A stretch of 64,000 bases of DNA from Amphiscolops sp. MND2022 (taxonomy: Eukaryota). Each line of letters opens with the position of its first letter. The first letter of the stretch is position 1. The DNA lies in the NCBI GenBank assembly GCA_964187785.1, contig OZ076409.1, positions 13,766,001-13,830,000 on the forward strand, read 5' to 3'. The position numbers and the translations under genes are program-made. The notes beneath the pieces were generated by a model that ran no database searches, was not told where the DNA came from, and saw nothing but the letters and a program-made list of their open reading frames with translations. Shown here in pieces: positions 1-12,024 of this stretch.

Positions 1-3000
1 CGAGATGAGGATAGCCATGACAGACGAAATGAAAAACTGTAATCCGAAACCACTCCGAATAATGGCAGAGGGAAACCAAACGCTATCGCCGAACGGAACA
101 ACAACAGTGAATGCAATAGTGATCACCACGAACACAAACGACGTCACTGGGACGGTAGAGACCTTGCTACAATTCGATGAGACAGCTACCATCATCGTCG
201 CACCAGCGTTGGCAACAGCCCACAACAAAAGAATCAATATCCGAATAGCCAACTTGACGGATTTCCCACATACAATAAAAAACTACACCAAACTGGCAGA
301 AACACAAATCCTTGAACCTGAAAAACAAAACAAATACGACCCATTGACGCGGTCGCACTCAAACTGATAAGAACCTGATAATACCCACATGTATGTAAAT
401 GAACTCACGAAATCCAGCGAAAATGAACGAAGCGATGAGAATTCTTGGTTCCCTACACCTGAGAATCCAGGGAATGAGGAAGGACATACACCAATCCAAT
501 GACGGTATTGAAAGAGATCCGGAACTCATCAAAAAGGAGGAATTAGACCCAACAAAAGACCAAGAGTCAAGAAAGAAATTCCTTGACATGTTTCAATGGG
601 AAGGATCACAAATTGAAGGAAACGATAGAAAGCAGCTTGAACAAACGATACTTGAAAATAACGACATTTTTGCGCGTCACCGACTCGACATCGGCATCTA
701 CAGCAGCTTCAAAGTGAAACTAACGCCGAAAGAGGAGCGTCCAATCTGCAAACAAGGTCTTCCCGTACCAATGAACTTGAAAGAAGACCTAACAGTCGAA
801 TTAGCACTAATGCACAGATACGGCATAATAACGACCCTACCATTTTCAAATTATGCAAGCCCAATTTTCTTACAACGAAAACCAAATGGCAAAATACGTC
901 TACTTGTCGACCTACGGAAAATCAACGCATTGATATCAGACGACTATATCAACAGCAATCACCCAGTCAGCACATTGTCAGATGCAGCTCAACACCTAGC
1001 TGGGAAGAAACTGTTTTGTAAATTAGACTGCTCCCAGGCCATTGCCTGCAAATGGCAGATCAGAGATCAATAGAAATGCTAGCTTTCAACTTCGCAAGCA
1101 GGACATTCGCATACAAGCGCTTAGCACAAGGACTGAGCAGGGCTTTATCAGCATTTTCGAGCTTCATGAGAGAATATTTGGACGAAGTACTTAAGGCCGA
1201 CAAGTGCGCGCAATATGTGGATGACATTGGAATAGCTGCCAATACGGTGACGCAACTGATACGAAATTTCCGAGCTGTCTTCGAATGCAGCAGACAAGCG
1301 GGACTCAAACTATCCATCGACAAATTCCATTTTGGAGTAACCGAGGTCGAATTTCTTGGAAGAACCATAACACCACAAGGGATCGCCCCAAGACCATAAA
1401 ATCCAGAAAATCTTAGCAAACGTGCGAATCCCGAAATCAAAGAAACAAGTGCAAAGATACATAGGCTTTGTAAACTACTATCGCAAATACGTCCCGCGGT
1501 TGTCAGAAAAACTACTTGGCTTCTACGAACTACTGAAAGCAGACAAACAGATCAAAGTAAGAGAAGAATTGCTAGACAACTACAAAGCAATCAACGCAGC
1601 GCTAGCAGAAGCATGCGGATTGGCCCTCAAACAACCCAATCACAGGACGCGAATACGTCCTAATGACGTACGCTAGTTTTCGTCAATCACAAATGACAAA
1701 AAAACTCAATTCCAGAAAGAAAACTTTTGCCCCTGTAGCATTCGGTTCAAAGGTGTTTTCACCAGCGCAACTGAAAATGTCAATTTACTGCAAAGAATTC
1801 TTGGCAATCTACCATGCTTTCAATCAACAATACAGCCATATCTTGTGGGAAACAACTCTACCAACTCTTGTAATGACCGACAATAGATCGGTAACGAGGT
1901 TTTTCTAAACAAAAGCAATTCCCTCCATACTATGCGCCTCCTAGTCCACGAAAACAGACTCATAGTCAAAGACGGAGTACTAATGCGCAAATACTACGAA
2001 GAGTCCGGTCAAGTTACACACCACCAGATACTAATTCCCGAGCATTTGAATACAGAACTTTTAAAAGCAATTCACGGACAAATGGGAAAGCACCCAGGGA
2101 TAACGAAAATGATCTAAGAATGCCGATCAAAGTATTACTACCCGGGATAAGCAAAAAGAATCAGACAGTGGGTGATGCAATGTGAAGACTGCATCAAATA
2201 CAAACGAATCAACAGCAGGCAAATCAGACCAAAGATGATCAACAATACAGAACACGTCCTAGGACCGGAAGACATCCTCGAAATCGACATATTGCCGAAT
2301 CTGCCAAACTCTGCAAGATACGAAAACATCGTCACAATAATTGATGTATTTTCACGTTATCTATTCGCATATCCAACGCAGAATAGCACAGCAAAAACAA
2401 TCGGACGATGTATTGTCGATGTCATGACAAGACACCCATATTTGCCAACATTGATCCTATCAGATAAAGGGTCACAATTCCGATCAGAAGTCGTCGCCGA
2501 AATAGCCCACATACTCGAAATCCAAATAAGCCACGCGTCTACGGAACACGCACAAACGATTGGAATTTTGAAAAGAACACACGCTTCAATCAAAACTGCA
2601 CTCATATATCGACGGGTGAAAGACGTGCACTGTGGCACAAGCATGTCGAATTTTCAGTCATGAACTATAATACAACGTATCATGAAACTCTAGGGTGTGA
2701 ACCATCCACGGTATTCCACGGACGCACACCCTACAATGTTCTCGACCTAAAGCATCAAACCAAAGTGGAAAACTACGCCGAACTCAGATATAGCAGAGCA
2801 GCTACAAAAACAATTTGACGAAGTGCGAGCAACAGCAAAGTACAACATTATGCTGTCTTACCTCAAATACAAAGAATACTACGACCGCAAAGCGTCTGCA
2901 GCTCCGCTCAAAATAAAGGGTCACTGCTATATCCTTAATCCGAAGGCTGACAATCAATCGACAAAATACGCATTTCACGATTGCATCTGGACAGGCCCGT

Positions 3001-4131
3001 ACATAGTGATAAAAGTGCTCTCAAATAATAATTACACAATACGAAAAATTGGCACGAGATATACACAAAAACTACACTAAATCCGCATACGACCTTACGT
3101 GCCAGAACAACGTATGCCTGACGTCACAGTACGAGCAAACGAATATCTTCCTGATCCAGACCTTGAGGTGTCGCACAATGAGTGGTACGCAGTATCGTGG
3201 AAAATACATTACGACGCCAATCGGGGAAGTTTTGATTTTTTCAAGAATTGACAAAAGTTGGTTTTCTCACCTACCAAAATGTGTTTTCAAGAATTGACAA
3301 AAATTGTGCACTTCAAAGAAAATGGCAGTGCCGCCAAAATGATTGTAGAAATCTCACACTAATATTAGCAATGCAAAAATGAAATTTTCAAAAAATGAGA
3401 AAATTGATTTGTGGATTCTTCATAATAATGACAATCTATGCTGCACATGTAACATTATTGGTGTGAGGATTCTTCGCATTTTGTCATTTCTTGTACCTTT
3501 TTCTCATTCCTTGAAAACTTTTCTGATCTCTTGAAAACTTTTCTGGTTTCTTGAACACTTTTCTAAATTCTCTTTTAGCGATTCTTTTGGCGATTCTTCG
3601 CAGGTTACACACGGTATTTGTGCAAGAATCCAGAAAATATTTCACTCCACTTTTCTCAATTCTTGAAACGCATGTGTTGTAATGCAGTTGAAGAATCCAC
3701 ATAAAACTCTAAACGATTTGTTGCAGTCACTAATTTTCTTCCTCGATTGGCGTCGTAATATAGATTTTGGAAAACAGATTGACGAACACGAGACGCCAGA
3801 AAGTGCGGAAAAAACCAACAAGTAGTAATACAGGAAGTGACAGATACACATGACGCAACGACGACGCAACAAGTACCGCACAACCAGACAGAAGACACGA
3901 ATGACGCAGCACCGTCGTCATCGGATTTCTCGAATCCTGCTACAGACGTGGGGGATAATCTATACATACGACGCCCCCACCCATTGAAAGTCCACCTATT
4001 CCCCCAAGACCACCGCCTCCAACCGTCGGATATAACCCGAGGAAAATAGCAAAGTACAATTTGAGACCTAACCCTAAACCTAATGCTAATCCTGACTTCA
4101 GACGACTTGACGCTATGACTACGACTCACTA
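1..4131 (+). pseudogene. pol: Decayed Ty3/Gypsy pol (RT - RNase H - integrase), 5' end outside the window
   Basis: Fragmented + ORFs carry RT motifs (ASPIFLQRKPNGKIRLLVDLRKIN, KLDCSQA, QGL, YVDD), an RNase H part (PVAFGSK...CKEFLAI...TDNRS) and integrase (H..H/C..C, DILP, SDKGSQF, WTGPY). There are many frameshifts and stops, and a MITE is inserted at 3207-3760. Confidence 0.93.
3207..3760. mobile_element. 554-bp MITE with terminal inverted repeats and TA target duplication, inserted in the integrase C-terminal region
   Basis: Left end CATTACGACGCCAATCGGGGAAG and right end CTTCCTCGATTGGCGTCGTAATA. TA lies at 3205-3206 and 3761-3762. Removing the element restores the reading TGG AAA ATA GAT TTT GGA (WKIDFG). 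Confidence 0.85.
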
Positions 4132-4283
4132 AAAGGAAAAAGCATTATCAGGAGTCCAGATGGAACCGATCTGACAATTGGCCAATTAAGAAGCATACTA
4201 CGGCTCCTTCTATTCTAACTAGGATCATGAGGGACCTCCTCTCTCTTTTTAAGTTTTTTTTATTTTATTCAACAAAATCACAA

Positions 4284-6359
4284 TCAACTGCCAAAACGAC
4301 AGGAAGAATCAAGCAAACGTGATAAATAGATCAAAATCACAAGAAATATAATACAGTAAATTGAAAAAAGAAGGTGTTGATATGACTCCTCCTTCTTACG
4401 GTTTAGATGGGTGTCGAACAAAGCACAATATCGCTCCACAAAATCAGATTGGCCACCACTACATATGCCATCCCAAGGGTCAAAGGTAGTCAAAGACATG
4501 AAGCCACGAGCACCAGCAATGGCATTACGAAAACTTTCCATAGTGTGCTGCGTAAAGAACGATCCTTGCTTATATCCAGCAGCTGAAATACAACTCCCTC
4601 GGATACAATGCACCCCTCGGATACAAGACGTCACAATGATTGGTGGCACAGCACAATCACCCTGATCCATATCAACAACAGCATGACAGGCTTCTGGACC
4701 ACAAGGCAGCACAGCTTTAATACACGGCACAAATTACTTCGCGATACAAAGTTATAGTCACCCAAAAGATAACTAGCAATATCACAAATGTCTTCAGCAC
4801 TACCACCACTAGTAACGTGACGTGCACGAAGGTCGACGACATAAGTGACCAATTCCTCCACAGCAGCCTTTGAATCGCACGATGAAACAGACCCGCTTCT
4901 TTCCAGAACGTACAAGAGTTTGTTGAAGAGACTGAACACATCGTGATCATCACCTTCTCGAAGCAACTCCGGACAAAAACAGTAGAGTCCCTGCATAAAA
5001 TTGAGAGAAACCACAGGATGCGACAACACTTTGTCGACAAGATAACCCACGAACTCCCGACAGCGATTACGAAGTCCTTTGAACTCTCTAGTATTACGTT
5101 GCCGTAACACCACACCAAACTCATGGTCTTGCAGAAAGTCATCAGTTGACACCTTCTCAAATTCGCCAATTTTCTCGAGATCCATCTAACTCTCCCACGA
5201 ATTCAAAGGTGGTAAACACGACAGTTTTCCAACTCTTTCAAGCGCGCAACTTCACGAGAAGACAATGCAGCAACCCCCTCCGCAGGCTGATCATCACTGT
5301 CCAATTGGAACTGAACCCGCGACTGTGAGAAGGAAGCCTCACACACAGTGCGTTTGCGTTTTCGTGGCGAAGATGACACGGCAGCGCCCCCAGGAGCTTT
5401 CGATGCTAAAACAAACAAAACACCATTGAGAACCGATCACAAAGAAGAAGGATCTAACCCTGAAACAACACAAGGAAATCAGAAATACAAAAGGCAATTA
5501 CCCCGTTTCGGAGCCCGCACAGCTGTCCTAGAGCCAAAGATCTTTTCAAGTTGGGGAAGGGGAGTCTCACAGAGAGCGTCAAAATTCGTCCGCCCCTCCA
5601 CAACAGCTTTTTCAGCGATGTCATCGTGTTTCTCTTTAGGGGGGGGGGGGGCAGGCACTCTCACCTACATGAGAGGACACTGAAACTGTAGGTTCAAGTC
5701 CGACAGCTGGACCAGAAGCAAAGAACGAATCACGCAGGGGTACATCAAGATCGTCCTCACCGACCAAAGCAGGAGAGCAGGCAGAACGAGACGAAGCAGC
5801 CTCGTCAACAGGAGTCACAGGAATGAGAGCGACCTCACCAACCAAAGCAGGGATGCAAGCAGAACGAGACGAAGCAGCCTCGTCAACAGTAGTCACGTTA
5901 ACGAGAGATACCTCACCAGCCAAATCGGCAACACAAACAGATTGAGGCGAAGCCACAGCGTCAACAGAAGTCCCACGAGCAAGAGTCGAATCTTCGGCAA
6001 ACGTGGGAACACAAATGGCTCGGGATGCCACAGCGTTGTCTACAGAAGACGACCTCCACACACGATAGCACCAGACGCCCCAGGCATAGATGAAGATTCA
6101 GGCCCAAGCACTAAAACAACATTCACCAATCGTCGCGTCAGAAAACCTAAGCTGAAGGAATACAAGAAAACAGAAAAGGCCTATCTGTTAAAAGTATATC
6201 TTACGAAAGCTTAATGGATCGCGAAATAAAGAACTAACCAAGTGCTGGCCGAATAAGTCTAACATCAGAATCACTCTGATGTACATCGCCCTCAGAAAAA
6301 ACGAATTGCGTCTCGTGGTCGCTCTGGAAGCCAGGTTCAACACGACGCGAAGTCGACAT
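4284..6359 (-). pseudogene. Degenerate antisense accessory gene of the decayed Gypsy element, apparently spliced, function unknown
   Basis: Chain of minus-strand ORFs. Phase-1-compatible GT-AG introns at 6238-6040 (GTTAGT..TCTTCTGTAG) and 5664-5406 (GTGAGA..TTTGTTTTAG). Contains a PRKRKR basic motif and 66-bp DEAASSRSAC repeats. A stop and frameshift lie near 5190-5205. Confidence 0.5.
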
Positions 6360-6727
6360 CTTCAACAGCAAATCTGAAAGAGAAACACGAAATGAAAACA
6401 ACAACGGAATTGATGTCGGCATAACGTCGACAAAATTGGTTAAGCAAATTATTCAATTTGCAACCAATGAGAACGCGACGTTGGCAAAGCGCTAACACCT
6501 GGATTTAAGAAGGGATTAAAATGATTGTTCAACCAATCAGAATGGAGGGATTTATCCCAATATTCTCCTTAATCCTAAATTAATCCTAACTACTCCGAAA
6601 TTCATTGTGGAAAGAACAGAATCAAAGGGAAGCAGTACGAAAAATTCATAATCATCAACAATAAATGGCCAGTCTCAAGGATATCTACGAATTATTAGAC
6701 ATCTCATCGGAAAGCGAAAACTAAGAA

Positions 6728-7336
6728 ATGATGGAAAGAGCTTCAACGCCACTTCCCAGAGACACGTTCCTGAATATCAGAGTAATCCTGGGGATATCTC
6801 ATTCCTCTGTTAAGGCCAATGCTGACCACGAAGAAGACCTCAATTCGTCTTCAGATTCCTTAGATACGAACTGCAAGCGCCTTAAACTGAGCAATAGTTT
6901 CGAGACGGTAGAATCAGGAGAGTACCCAGATTTTTCTGAGGACAATGAAGTCGGCGAAATAATCCAAAGCCCAGAAAGTCCCGATGAAAAGCCTGAGTCA
7001 TACGACTCGAACGATATGACGAATTCCGATGTCTTTGTAGTTGAGGGCCACAAAAGGACAAGTACCCAATCAGTGACCAGCGAAGTCACAGCAGATTATT
7101 TAGAACAGGTCGCAAACGAGGATGCAGACTCTTACTTTGTCATTCCCCCTGGTCCACTAAAGAAGATGAATACGAAACCCATGAGCCCATTAAATGACCT
7201 AGAAATAAGAAGTGAAGTGAGAGCGTCCCCGGCAAAATCCGGAATGAAGAACAGCTACGGCCGACTCCCGAGTCACTCGTTCCAAGCTCGTCTCCCAGGG
7301 TATGCCGCACGACCCATGACAGTGGCCCTGTCTTAG
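6728..7336 (+). CDS. 202-aa acidic/Ser-rich ORF, probable accessory ORF of the decayed Gypsy element
   Basis: Open 202-aa frame, divergent from the antisense ORF chain. CCAAT motifs lie between them (about 6463 and 6533). No recognisable domain. Confidence 0.35.
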   Translation: MMERASTPLPRDTFLNIRVILGISHSSVKANADHEEDLNSSSDSLDTNCKRLKLSNSFETVESGEYPDFSEDNEVGEIIQSPESPDEKPESYDSNDMTNSDVFVVEGHKRTSTQSVTSEVTADYLEQVANEDADSYFVIPPGPLKKMNTKPMSPLNDLEIRSEVRASPAKSGMKNSYGRLPSHSFQARLPGYAARPMTVALS

Positions 7337-8899
7337 TCCGCTACCGGACTGGAATGCGGATGCAGACGAATTTTTTGCGGCAGAGGTCATGACTGTGCAG
7401 CGAAACTTTCAAAAAGGTACTTTGGATTTTAAACTCTTGCGAAAATAAATAAACTGTGACCAAAATATAGGATGTACGAACATCTTACGCAAATCACAGC
7501 TGAAAATGAAAAAAGGAAACTAATTAAGCCAAAAATGATTTCATGCATTTCCGGCAAGACGCGTTTGCCACGTCAGAATAGAAACATTTGTCACCTGAAA
7601 ACTAGATTAAAACCTGCATTAAAACAGATGATCATAAACTAATCTAAAGAAAAACATATCCAAAATCATCTACAAGAATGAAAATCAATCAGATCTAAAA
7701 CAAATATATCGAGATGGCACGCCGGGGAAATTAACCTTTTTCTAAGAAAGGCAGCTTAATAGCACTTTGAACAGCAATCATTGTGATTTACGACGGCAAT
7801 ACTGCGGTAAGTAAACAAGGTGGCGGTAGAAATAAGAATACATGTATATTTGTCGTTAGTAAGACGCAGACAAGTTTTAAAGGTATACCAATTGACGTCA
7901 CTGCCTCGTCCATGCATACCAGGAAATCACTCCGATTAAACGCCTATATTAATAGCCTTATTAGAAATCATTCCAATTTACCGCCAGTGTGACGTCACGA
8001 GTCCGGCAGCTAGTTAGAAACTCATTTCTAAATTTCTCGTCAGCGTTGCGTCAAACTAGTCAAAATCTCAGTTCTGCCAAGAAAACTCGTCAGCATGACG
8101 TTGACAAGTTTAGGAAATTAGATGACTTAGATAAATCCGCTCAATTAAGTTAACGAAAATACGCTCTTATTACGTCAAAAATCTACTGAAATAAGCTGTT
8201 TTAACCTTTCTAGGATAGTAAAATGAACACCCAACTTAACGAGAATAGTATGAGGGAAACTATTGTTCTAATTCAGCTTCAAATAAAAGGAGTAAGGTTT
8301 AGCGAATTGCGTCCATTTTTCGTCAACTAAAATATTGTTCACCTAAAATTACACTGGGAAGCAAATTTAAATGAGACTTTTTGGTATTTTCCGGAAATGA
8401 GAGTCACATTCTATAGTCTTGTTGTTAAAAAAGCAGCTATGTTTTATTACATGAAATATTTTTGCTTATTAACGTGGTTGTGAATTTTAGATTTGCTATT
8501 CGTTAATTTGTACCAGCTCATTTTTGTATGACGTTGTGACCATGTTGTCTCCCGTCTGAAGAATTCATGAACCCGCCAATTTCGTCAAGAGCCATATTCA
8601 ATTGAGTGCTGTTTCATAAATATGATTATTAACACCGAAGTGCATTCATATCATAACGCTACATTTGAAGTTTCTTGTTACTGTTGAAGTTAATTTATAA
8701 TTCTGTCGCACTTGTCGCGTCAAGCCGAAATTGTTGATAATGTATGTATTCAAACAATAAAGATCGCGAACTTAATTTCGTTCTAACACAAGCATTGAGT
8801 CTAAATCCATCCGAAACATTTTCATAGCATCATTCAAATAATCGTAATTTGGAAATTAGTCATCACTTTTGATCAAGCTGAATTTCAAAATCAAGTATT

Positions 8900-9733
8900 A
8901 GTTGTTCACGTCAACGTCATCTCAGCGTCAATTTCCCGCGAACCAAAGCAGTAAAACAGGGAATGACTTCCAGTTTGACAGACTGAAGTAATATCTACTT
9001 CCTGCTTGGGAGGAAGCAAAAGGACGCCGGGATGAAATGATATGTTTGTGATAAGTGACTAATAACGAAATGATTTTTTCACCGATAAAACGGGAAATGA
9101 CTAATTGTTCGAGGGGAAATAGGGATTTTAGTCGTGATCAAATGATGCTAGAAGGGTATAAATACGATGCATTTTGTCGATTAAGGGACTCAGTCTTTTC
9201 TAATTGCGAAAGTTAGTTGCTCAATAACTTATTCATTTTCTCAATCAATCTCATTCAACTTTGTTGAAAAATACTCAGAAGATAAATTGAATTCATCTGA
9301 AACAAATCTTTCTTCATCAAAATGTCGACTACAAGGAGCCAAAAGGGAAGAAACAGTCAACAAGAAGCTATTGAAAGCGTAAGTGAAGGTTTTGTTTCAC
9401 CAGTTGTAGTGGAAAATTCTTGTCCTCTAGATCAGGACGTAAGCATTGCGGGCCTCTCTAAACCAAAATCTCCCAAGATCGAAGGTAGTTTCTTGGAAAG
9501 CTTGAGGGCTTCTTTAAAAGAAGAGATTACTTCCGAAATTAAGAATCTCCTTGTAGAGTCTCAGAGAGAAATGCTAAGACTTCCTTAACCTGAAACAAGA
9601 GAAAACGTAAGAGAAAACGTAAGAGAAAACGTCGAGGAAGGAACGGAGAACGAAACGAGGAGTTTCTACACTCCTACAAAATCTGTTAGAATTACTTATA
9701 CTCAAAATAACGACCCGTGCAGTAGTCGTAACA
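8900..9733 (+). mobile_element. 3' part of an LTR, probably the 3' LTR of the decayed Gypsy, containing a TATA box and the start of a gag-like ORF; left boundary not resolved
   Basis: TATAAAT at 9157-9163 within AAATGATGCT..GGTATAAATA, which is shared with the copies at about 56030 and 63220. ORF MSTTRSQK.. starts at 9322 (one internal stop). The similarity ends at ..AGTCGTAACA (9733). Confidence 0.6.
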
Positions 9734-9754
9734 GCATATTCAAAAATCTTAGTT

Positions 9755-10260
9755 TTTAGTCGGCGCTTTTTCGTAGAAAAACGCAGATGTTAGTACTGTC
9801 TTTTTTTAAGAACAACGAACTGACAGGTTTTATAAGCTTTATAAGCTGACTTGCACTAACACTTGGCTGTGCCACACTACTTCTACTGGCACTTGGCATA
9901 GAGGTTATGGCTTTTTTGTGGTTTGCCAAGCAGAAGGACGTGGGTTCGAGTCCCGCCCTTGACCAAAAATTTTTTGAAGAAGGTTTTTTATTTCGGCTTT
10001 ATGAGACTTTTTTTCGCAAATTTTTTTAAATTTCTGCAAAGAGTCCCCCCTTCTTTTTTTTCTATTTTGCAAAAGAATGGATGTTCAAAAACTCCCAAAA
10101 GGCCCTCTTCTACATTTTTCGTCACTATGCGACTTACTGGAGACCAAAAAAATTTTTTCCTCACGCGGGTACTGTAGAAGATAATACTTGACACTTTGAA
10201 GTCCTTTTGCTAATTTTGAGCCTTAGATATGGCGCCGACTTGGGCCGTTCCCGGCTTGTT
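9755..10260. repeat. Dispersed non-autonomous repeat family (TTTTAGTCGGCGC ... GGCGCCGACTTGGGC..CCCGGCTTGTT)
   Basis: The same terminal motifs and internal TACTTGACACTT.GAAGTC block recur at about 20530-21190 (inverted) and 59890-60540. This copy contains a tRNA-like B-box GGTTCGAGTCC near 9945. Confidence 0.6.
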
Positions 10261-12024
10261 TATTTTTTATGTAGTTTTTATGGTCTTATAATATAAAATT
10301 TTTCGATAATATTATTGTTCGGCATTATTTAGAGCCACTTTTAAAGGTAACTTTTGTTATCTGGGGTTTGTAGCTAAGACACACTTTCAATGTCGGGCCT
10401 TGGAAGTCGGTGCCCCGCTGAACGCTCAAAAGAGAAAATATGTTCCAAAAATGCCCAAGGAGAAGCAGTAGAGTTTCGGAAATTGTTGATAACTCTCAAA
10501 CCTTTTTCTAAGTTCGGCGACTTATTGGTTATTGTAGCAATTGAAGGTGTTTGTCTGGCAATGACCATCTTTGGTTGCTATGACCTTGAGGGAAATAGTA
10601 CAGTCAGCCTTTGTAATGACGTTGCTCCAAAAGTTGTATCAAACGTCCAACAAGAAAACAGGTGCTAAGGTGCTTACACAAAGCTTGCGAATAATACTTG
10701 TTTGACACCTAATAAATTCAGGATATGAATCATCTGCATCGCAAATACCTGCGAAGATATAGGCATTAGAAAATTAGATTGATAAAAAGTCTCAGTTGAT
10801 TAATGATCAGTTTTGTCAAAAAATGCACTAAGTAGCCACTTTAGCGAGACGAAAGTAATTCCATGAGAAGGCCCCAGGAATGCAACAAAAAATAATCAAC
10901 CCATCATCCCAGAATTTCGAAGGTTTTTGGAGTTGAGATATTAAGCTCGACAATTATTTCGTCCTCAAATGATGTTATTCACAATCAATGAAAAATACGA
11001 AACTCAAAAAGCACAGAGGAAAGTTGCGGGAAAGAAGTTGTTTTAAGAGAATGCTTCGGGAGTGCAAAATGAAAAAATATTTACCCATCATGCCAGTAGT
11101 TTGAAAGGTTCCGAAGATAATAGTGGCCAACTGATTAGAAACTGGTGTTCAGATTCAACCTATCAAGTTTTCTAACGGGAGAAGTCTGTTGGCATCCGTC
11201 GACAATATCTCTTTCAGGAAGGTAGTCCAGAGTCGTGTTAATTTTTTTTTCGGAAAACGAAACGCGCTCATCATAGAGAGCAAGAACTACGGGCTCAAGT
11301 TGAAAAATTGTCAATGTCACTATTTTGCAGAAAAACTTGAATTTTGTCTATGAAAATCAAATAGCAATAGGCTTCGCTTCGCCTAATAATTATATAATCA
11401 AACTGGTAGTCTATAGTAATCGGAGCGACTATAAAGTGGTTCTAGTATAATTGGGGCACGAGCTTTGCGAGATGCCCATATAGTGACGTTTTTTTTCGCA
11501 GATTTCGTGACATGTGCCAATTTTTTAAACTTGTGAGGCAAATTTCTCAAAACCCAGAACAGATACGGACACCATGTTTTCGCTAAAAGTTGCGCAGGAA
11601 CCTAGGCTACCTTTTCGCCGAAAAAGTTTTTGAAACAAAAATCGGCTTCATGGGATTTTTTCTAAAGAAGTTTTGAAAAAACGCTATTTTTGACTATTTT
11701 CATCTTTGATCATCTATATCTCAAAACTGAGACCAAAAACAGGGTCCATGGTTTCGTAAATTCTACAAGCGTTTTATAGGCTACATTTTGGCTTGAAAAT
11801 GTCGTCAAAATTTTTTTCATACTCGGTGTTTTTGTGCAAGAAAGAGGACAAAAAGTTTTTCGAAAAATTTTTTCTCATTCGTAGCTCATATTTCTCCAAA
11901 CTGATAAAAAATACAGAAACCGTTCTCTTTCGAGAAGAACAGCATAGACATAGGCTACTTTTTGGACCAACAAAGTTACCGTCATCAAGTATGACGCCTT
12001 CGTTTTTCTGCCAAAAACACTTCA

